This document shows, piece after piece, positions 54,209 through 64,000 of a stretch of DNA of 64,000 bases (positions within the stretch are counted from its first letter, which is position 1; the number at the start of each line of letters is the position of its first letter). The stretch is from contig OZ024745.1 in the NCBI GenBank assembly GCA_964016885.1, positions 5,518,001 to 5,582,000 on the forward strand, in the 5' to 3' direction. This stretch comes from Eledone cirrhosa. Taxonomy: Eukaryota. A program made the translations under genes and the position numbers. Below the pieces are notes generated by a model, which had not been told where the DNA came from, did no database searches, and saw only the letters and a program-made list of their open reading frames with translations.

Positions 54209-54246
54209 CCTTTTGAAAAGCAGAAGAACTGCGAAACCGGTAAAGG
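54209..54246 (+). ncRNA. Minimal hammerhead ribozyme motif, U3-A8 core variant
   Basis: CCTT-TTGAAAA-GCAG aagaa CTGC-GAAA-C cg G-TA-AAGG; stems I and II perfect, palindromic ACCGGT at stem III, AATAAA a few nt downstream. Confidence 0.75.
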
Positions 54247-54316
54247 AACCAAATAAATATATATATTTAAAAAAAAAAATAAGACTTCAGTTGCATTTTC
54301 GATTTCATCTCTTTTT

Positions 54317-55383
<1,067 letters not shown>

Positions 55384-55541
55384 ATATACGTGCTCTGTAG
55401 AACAACTAATGTTATTACATTGAGCTATTTATCTTACTGGTAATACGGTAGTAATAAATTAGTCTTTCACTGTTTAGGGTTTAAAATATATATAACTATA
55501 AAAAGTTTTAGTATATACATTACCATAAATAGTATCCTTAA

Positions 55542-55765
<224 letters not shown>

Positions 55766-55808
55766 AATGAAAAATGGCGTGCTGCGTTGTTGCAAATGTG
55801 TAAATGGG

Positions 55809-56365
55809 ATACATATGAATAAAATTAGAGCGAGAAGACGTCCGTCATCAGTGATCTTCCAACCGTCATTGGTATTTCTTCGCATTAAAGATCATATACC
55901 TCTGGCTGGTGCGAGAAATAACTAAAAAAAGGTATTGGGACACGTAGAATAGGGTGAAGCGAGCGAGACATGTAAACAAACAAAGATGGTAATGCAACGG
56001 AAAGAGAGGAAGAGGAGAAACAAGTCCGTGATATCTATGAACTTAAGTTCGGCGAATCATGGGCGAGGAGAGACACAGACGCGTCCGAACCATGTGAGAT
56101 GTAAGCGAGAAAAGGATTTCACACAGGTCTGACGGGAGGAAGTGAGAGAGAGGGAGTAGCAGAGACTGAGTGAAAGTGTGAGGAAGAGGCCAGCTGAGAG
56201 AGAGTGACTGGCAGAGGGGGTGAAATGAACGTGTCCCAATAACTTTTTTTAGTTATTGCTCGCACCAGCCAGAGGTATATGATCTTTAATGCGAAGAAAT
56301 ACCAATGACGGTTGGAAGATCACTGATGACGGACGTCTTCTCGCTCTAATTTTATTCATATGTAT
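55809..56365. mobile_element. Foldback/MITE-like element D: 137-bp inverted arms, purine-rich interior
   Basis: 55809-55945 is the reverse complement of 56229-56365 with few mismatches; arms contain an outward-facing CTGATGA (56323-56329). Confidence 0.85.
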
Positions 56366-56453
56366 ATATTTGAGTATATTTGATTGAATATATTTACCTC
56401 TGCTTCCGTGTATATCTACATCCTTATGTACACTTGTATCTATAAACATTTAA

Positions 56454-56639
<186 letters not shown>

Positions 56640-56794
56640 TCAATAAGAAGTGATTAGTATTACCTAGTGAACTGTGAAGACGAATTTCATGGATGACTGG
56701 TTTAATTCCTTAAACTGAACAAACATTTCAGATCAAACATTCTTAGTGCTAAGTCTTTCCACGTGGGTACAATAAGGAAATCCAGTGGAATCAT

Positions 56795-57130
56795 TACCAC
56801 CATCATCACCACCACTACCACCACCAACACCACCATCATCACCATCATCACCATCACTACCACCACCACCAACACCACCATCGTCATCATCACCATCACC
56901 ACAACCACAACCACCACCAACACCAACACCATCATCATCACCATCACCATCACCATCACCACCACCACCACCACCAATACCACCATCACCATCACCACCA
57001 CCACCAACACCACCACCACCACCACCACCACCACCACCAACACCATCATCATCATCATCACCATCACCAACACCACCACCATCATCACCATCACCATGAC
57101 CACTATCACCACCATCATCATCACCATCAT
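56795..57130. repeat. Mixed (CAC/CAT/CAA)n trinucleotide repeat
   Basis: Directly visible. Confidence 0.97.
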
Positions 57131-57267
57131 TTGTATAACCATTACCGTTCTCGTTCTTCTTGTGTATATAGTGTCAGAAAAGTGTTATAAACTTACAAAA
57201 TAATTAAACAATTGTCGATGGTATTTTAACTCTGTATAAAGACACCATGTTGTTATGTTGTGCTGGA

Positions 57268-57972
57268 TATGGTTGGTGTGGTTATGGTTGGTGTGGTTAT
57301 GGTGTGGGGTGTGGTTATGGTTGATGTGGTTAAGGTTGGTGTGGTTATGGTGTGGGTTGTGGTTATGGTTGGTGTGGTTATGGTGTGGGGTGTGGTTATG
57401 GTTGGTGTGGTTATGGTGTGGGTTGTGGTAATGGTTGGTGTGGTTATGGTTGGTGTGGTTATGGTTGGTGTGGTTATGGTTGGTGTAGTTATGGTGTGGG
57501 GTGTGGTTATGGTTGGTGTGGTTATGGTGTGGGTTGTGGTAATGGTTGGTGTGGTTATGGTTGGTGTGGTTATGGTTGGTGTGGTTATGGTTGGTGTGGT
57601 TATGGTTGGTGTGGTTATGGTGTGGGTTGTGGTTATGGTTGGTGCGGTTATGGTGTGGGGTGTGGTTATGGTTGGTGTGGTTATGGTGTGGGGTGTGGTT
57701 ATGGTGTGGGTTGTGGTTATGGTTGGTGTGGTTATGGTGTGGGGTGTGGTTATGGTTGGTGTGGTTATGGTGTGGGGTGTGGTTATGGTTGGTGTGGTTA
57801 TGGTTGGTGTGGTTATGGTGTGGGTTGTGGTTATGGTTGGTGTGGTTATGGTTGGTGTGGTTATGGTGTGGGTTGTGGTTATGGTTGGTGTGGTTACGGT
57901 GTGGGTTGTGGTTATGGTTGGTGTGGTTATGGTGTGGGTTGTGGTTATGGTTGGTGTGGTTATGGTTATGGT
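57268..57972. repeat. GT-rich 15/18-bp minisatellite (GGTTATGGTTGGTGT / GGTTATGGTGTGGGKTGT)
   Basis: Intermixed 15- and 18-bp units. Confidence 0.96.
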
Positions 57973-58111
57973 TGATGTGGTTTCTGGTTGGTGTGCTAAT
58001 AGATACTGTACTTGAGTAGTCCATGTTAACTCTGCTCAAGTACATCTATGGTACAATAGAAGCTGTATAAATACTTAGTAGAAGGTTACATATCCAGTAT
58101 GTCATATAGGC

Positions 58112-58945
58112 AGATATAGCAACTGATATAACAACAGATATAACAACAGATATAACAACAGATATAACCGATATAACAACGGAAATAACAACTGATATAA
58201 CAACAGATGTAACAACTGATATAACAACAGATATAACAACAGATATAACAGATATAACAACGGAAATAACAACAGATATAACAACAGATATAACAAGAGA
58301 TATAACAACAGATATAACAAGAGATATAACAAGAGATATAACAACAGATATAACAACAGATACAACAACAGATACAACAACAGATATAACAACAGATATA
58401 ACAACATATATAACAACAGATATAACAACAGATATAACAGATATAACAACAGATATAACAACAGATACAACAACAGATATAACAACAAATATAACAAGAG
58501 ATATAACAACAGTAATAACAACAGATATAATAAGAGATATAACAGATATAACAAGATATATAACAGATATAACAACAGACACAACAACAGATATAACAGA
58601 TATAACGAGAGATATAACAAGAAATATAACAACAGATATAACAACAGATATAACAACAGATATAACAACAGATATAACAACAGATATAACAAGAGATATA
58701 ACAAGAGATATAACAAGAGATATAACAACAGATATTACAACAGATATAACAACAGATATAACAACAGATATTACAACAGATATAACAACAGATATAACAA
58801 CAAATATAACAAGAGATATAACAACAGATATAACAACAGATATAACAAGAGATATAACAACAGATATAACAACAGATACAACAACAGATATAACAACAAA
58901 TATAACAAGAGATATAACAACAGATATAACAACAAATATATCAAC
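58112..58945. repeat. 12-bp minisatellite (GATATAACAACA)n with 9-bp variants
   Basis: Directly visible. Confidence 0.97.
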
Positions 58946-58989
58946 AGCAACAACTCAATAAAACTTGTGTTTTTTTCAAGTTTCACCGG

Positions 58990-59156
58990 GGTTAGAAAGA
59001 ACTAATCAGGGATGATATGAAAGCCTGGAATTTGAACGAAACCTATTCCTAGAATGAACACTCTGGAGAGATATCTTGAAAGAGGCTGCCAATACGACTA
59101 GTGTTTGTGACAAATAAAGAGGTTAAACCATATTATGATGATGATGAAGATGATGG
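58990..59156 (+). mobile_element. Decayed RTE-like LINE 3' end
   Basis: Peptide remnants KELIRDDMKAWNLNE and LWRDILKE resemble the RTE ORF C-terminus; a short UTR and (ATG)n tail follow. Confidence 0.5.
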
Positions 59157-59537
59157 GAAGGGATCCTTTAACATTGATATAAAGGGATCCGTTAACATGG
59201 ATTTAAGATGTTCTCTGAGACTGGACAGATGTTAGGAAGATCCTCAAATGAGAATCGAAATCATGGCCTTCAAATTATGAAAGAGGACCAATTCATTGCT
59301 TTTCTACAAATGTAAAATAATCCACACAGGTGAGTGAATATTTGGTATAGATTGGTTAAAACTAGAACAAATATCAACATTGGAAGACTTTACTATTGTC
59401 CAATCATAGTATGACAAGTATGCATATTCCAGAACATTCTGTATGTAGACAAAGAGGAAGGATATTTGTATTTTAGTCGTTTGTACGAATTGAAAAGGTC
59501 AGTGTGTCAATATATTTGTATTTATCGTAGTTGAGGC

Positions 59538-62500
59538 TATAAACTATCGCAACACTTGGTCGTTATAAACTATGACAACATTTGGGTCGTTATAAACTAT
59601 GACAACATTTGGTCGTTATAAACTATGGCAACACTTGTTCGTTATAAACTATGGCAACATTTGGTCGTTATAAACTATGACAACATTTGGTCGTTATAAA
59701 TTATGACAACATGAATTTGGTCGTTATAAACTATGACAACATACATTTGGTCGTTATAAACTATGACAACATACATTTGGTCGTTATAAACTATGGCAAC
59801 ATTTGGTCGTTATAAACTATGACAACATTTGGTCGTTATAAACTATGACAACATACATTTGGTCGTTATAAACTATGACAACATACATTTGGTCGTTATA
59901 AACTATGACAACATACATTTGGTCGTTATAAACTATGACAACATACATTTGGTCGTTATATACTATGACAACATACATTTGGTCGTTATAAACTATGACA
60001 ACATACATTTGGTCGTTATAAACTATGACAACATACATTAGATCGTTATAAACTATGACAACATTTGGTCGTTATAAACTATGACAACATTTGGTCGTTA
60101 TAAACTATGACAACATTTGGTCGTTATAAACTATGACAACATACATTTGGTCGTTATAAACTATGACAACATTTGGCCGTTATAAACTATGACAACATTT
60201 GGTCGTTATAAACTATGACAACTTTTGGTCGTTATGAACTATGACAACATACATTTGGTCGTTATAAACTATGACAACTTTTGGTCGTTATGAACTATGA
60301 CAACATACATTTGGTCGTTATAAACTATGACAACATACAATTGGTCGTTATAAACTATAACAACATTTGGTCGTTATAAACTATGACAACATTTGGTCGT
60401 TATAAACTATGACAACATTTGGTCGTTATAAACTATGACAACATTTGGCCGTTATAAACTATGACAACATACATTTGGTCGTTATAAACTATGACAACAT
60501 TTGGTCGGTATAAACTATGACAACATACATTTGGACGTTATAAACTATGACAACTTTTGGTCGTTATAAACTATGACAACATACATTTCGTCGTTATAAA
60601 CTATGGCAACATTTGGTCGTTATAAACTATGACGACATACATTTGGTCGTTATAAACTATGACAACATTTGATCGTTATAAACTATGACAACATACATTT
60701 GGTCGTTATAAACTATGACAACATTTGATCGTTATAAACTATGACAACATACATTTGGTCGTTATAAACTATAACAACATTTGGTCGTTATAAACTATGA
60801 CAACATACATTTGGTCGATATAAACTATGGCAACATTTGGTCGTTATAAACTATGACAACATTTGGTCGTTATAAACTATGGCAAAACTTGGTCGTTATA
60901 AACTATGATAACATACATTTGGTCGTTATAAACTATGGCAACATTTGGTCGTTATAAACTATGACAACATTTGGTCGTTATAAACTATGGCAACATACAT
61001 TTGGTCGTTATAAACTATGACAACATACATTAGGTCGTTATAAACTATGACAACATTTGGTCGTTATAAACTATGACAACATTTGGTCGTTATAAAATAT
61101 GACAACATACATTTGGTCGTTATAAACTATGGCAACATACATTTGGTCGTTATAAACTATGACAACATTTGGTCGTTATAAACTATGACAACATTTGGTC
61201 GTTATAAACTATCACTACATACATTTGGTCGTTATAAACTATGACAACCTTTGGTCGTTATAAACTATGGCAACACTTGGTCGTTATAAACTATGACAAC
61301 ATACATTTGGTCGTTATAAACAACGACAACATTTGGTCGTTATAAACAATGACAACATTTGATCGTTATAAACTATAACAACATTTGGTCGTAATAAACT
61401 ATGGCAACACTTGGTCGTTATAAACTATGACAACATACATTTCGTCGTTATAAACTATGACAACGTTTGGTCGTTATAAACTATGACAACATACATTTAG
61501 TCGTTATAAACTATGACAACATTTGGTCGTTATAAACTATGACAACATACATTTAGTCGTTATAAACTATGACAACATTTGGTCGTTATAAACTACGACA
61601 ACATACATTTGGTCATTATAAACTATGAGAACATTTGGTCGTTATAAACTATGGCAACACTTGGTCGTTATAAACTATGACAACATACATTTGGTCGTTA
61701 TAAACTATGACAACATTTGGTCGTTATAAACAATGACAACATACATTTGGTCGTTATAAACTATGACAACATTTGGTCGTTATAAACTATGACAACATAC
61801 ATTTGGTCGTTATAAACTATGACAACATTTGGTCGTTATAAACTATGACAGCATTTGGTCGTTATAAACTATGACAACATACATTTGGTCGTTATAAACA
61901 ATGACAACATTTGGTCGTTATAAACTATGACAACGTTTGATCGTTATAAACTATGACAACATACATTAGGTCGTTATAAACTATCGCAACACTTGGTCGT
62001 TATAAACTATGACAATATACATTAGGTCGTTATAAACTATGACAACATTTGGTCGTTATAAACTATGACAACATACATTTGGTCGTTATAAACTGGCAAC
62101 ATTTGGTTGTTATAAACTATGACAACATACATTTGGTCGTTATAAACAATGACAACATTTGGTCGTTATAAACAATGACAACATTTGATCGTTATAAACT
62201 ATGAGAACATTTGGTCGTTATAAACTATGACAACATTTGATCGTTATAAACTATGAGAACATTTGGTCGTTATAAACAATGCCAACATTTGATCGTTATA
62301 AACTATGACAACATACATTTGGTCGTAATAAACTATGACACCAGTTGATCGTTATAAACTATGACAACGTTTGGTCGTTATAAACTATCACAACATACAT
62401 TTGGTCGTTATAAACTATGACAACATTTGGTCGTTATAAACTATGACAATATACATTAGGTCGTTATAAACTATGACAACATTTGGCCGTTATAAACTAT

Positions 62501-64000
62501 GACAAAGTACATTTGGTGGTTATAAACTATGGCAACATTTGGTCGTTATAAACTATGACAACATTTGATCGTTATAAACTATGAGAACATTTGGTCGTTA
62601 TAAACAATGACAACATTTGATCGTTATAAACTATGAGAACATTTGGTCGTTATAAACTATGACAACATTTGATCGTTATAAACTATGAGAACATTTGGTC
62701 GTTATAAACAATGCCAACATTTGATCGTTATAAACTATGACAACATACATTTGGTCGTAATAAACTATGACACCAGTTGATCGTTATAAACTATGACAAC
62801 GTTTGGTCGTTATAAACTATCACAACATACATTTGGTCGTTATAAACTATGACAACATTTGGTCGTTATAAACTATGACAATATACATTAGGTCGTTATA
62901 AACTATGACAACATTTGGCCGTTATAAACTATGACAAAGTACATTTGGTGGTTATAAACTATGGCAACATTTGGTCGTTATAAACTATGACAACTTTTGA
63001 CCGTTATAAACTATGACAACATTTGGTCGTTATAAACTATGACCACATACATTTGGTCGTTATGAACTATAAAAACATTTGGTCGTTATAAACTATGACA
63101 ACATTTGGTCGTTATAAACTATGGCAACATTCGGTCGTTATAAACTATGACAACATACATTTGGTCGTTATAAACTATGGAAACATACATTTGGTCGTTA
63201 TAAACTATGACAACATTTGGTCGTTATAAACTATGACAACATACATTTGGTCGTTATAAACTATGACAACATACATTTGGTCGTTATAAACTATGACAAC
63301 ATACATTTGGTCGTTATAAACTATGGCAACATACATTTGGTCGTTATAAACTATGACAACATTTGGCCGTTATAAACTATGACAACATACATTTGGTCGT
63401 TATAAACTATGACAACATACATTTGGTCGTTATAAACTATGACAACATACATTTGGACGTTATAAACTATGACAACATTTGGTCGTTATAAACTATGACA
63501 ACATACATTTGGTCGTTATAAACTATGACATCATACATTTGAACGTTATAAACTATGACAACATACATTAGTTCGTTATAAACTATGACAACATTTGGTC
63601 GTTATAAACTATGACAACATAGATTTGTTCGTTATAAACTATGACAACATTTGGTCGTTATAAACTATGACAACATTTGGTTGTTATAAACTATGACAAC
63701 ATTTGGTCGTTATAAACTATGACAACATTTGGTCGTTATAAACTATGGCAACACTTGGTCGTTATAAACTATGGCAACATACATTTGGTCGTTATAAACT
63801 ATGACAACATACATTAGGTCGTTATAAACTATGACAACATTTGGCCGTTATAAACTATGACAACATTTGGTCGTTATAAACTATGACAACTTTTGGTCGT
63901 TATGAACTATGACAACATACATTTGGTCGTTATAAACTATGACAACATACAGTTGGTCGTTATAAACTATAACAACATTTGGTCGTTATAAACTATGACA
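59538..64000. repeat. 26/30-bp satellite (GGTCGTTATAAACTATGACAACAT[ACAT]TT)n; runs off the right edge
   Basis: Period 26 (60061, 60087); 30-bp units carry an extra ACAT. Confidence 0.99.

Larger units (their letters stand above)
53887..54323. mobile_element. Foldback element B: ~135-bp inverted arms each with a hammerhead motif; interior copied from element A
   Basis: 53887-54022 is the reverse complement of 54189-54323; 54036-54186 matches the reverse complement of 53169-53319. Confidence 0.88.

Overview
Eukaryotic, repeat-dominated, gene-free window. The SINE families, (TA)n/(CA)n density and RTE-type tails resemble a cephalopod (Octopus-like) genome; this is an inference. Bases 1-41983 are about 750 copies of a 56-bp satellite whose monomer can be tiled by three stem-loops and which carries multi-kb internal duplications, including a 5,544-bp (99-monomer) tandem copy. 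It is followed by a 19-bp minisatellite, SINE-rich unique DNA and a 32-bp minisatellite. Next is a 5'-truncated, decayed Penelope-like retroelement (RT + C-terminal GIY-YIG, Naiad-like) with a TGA at an expected Cys position, a downstream hammerhead-like motif and a 50-bp snap-back at its 5' end. The most striking region is 52.9-56.4 kb: a nested cluster of four inverted-repeat (foldback) elements among (TA)n tracts. Three carry outward-facing minimal hammerhead ribozyme motifs with non-canonical cores (CCGANGA; UUGAAAA), the fourth only a core remnant, and one has captured 151 bp of its neighbour. The window ends with simple repeats and a 26/30-bp satellite. No intact protein-coding gene is supported. 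All structures were read by eye; nothing was folded or searched computationally.
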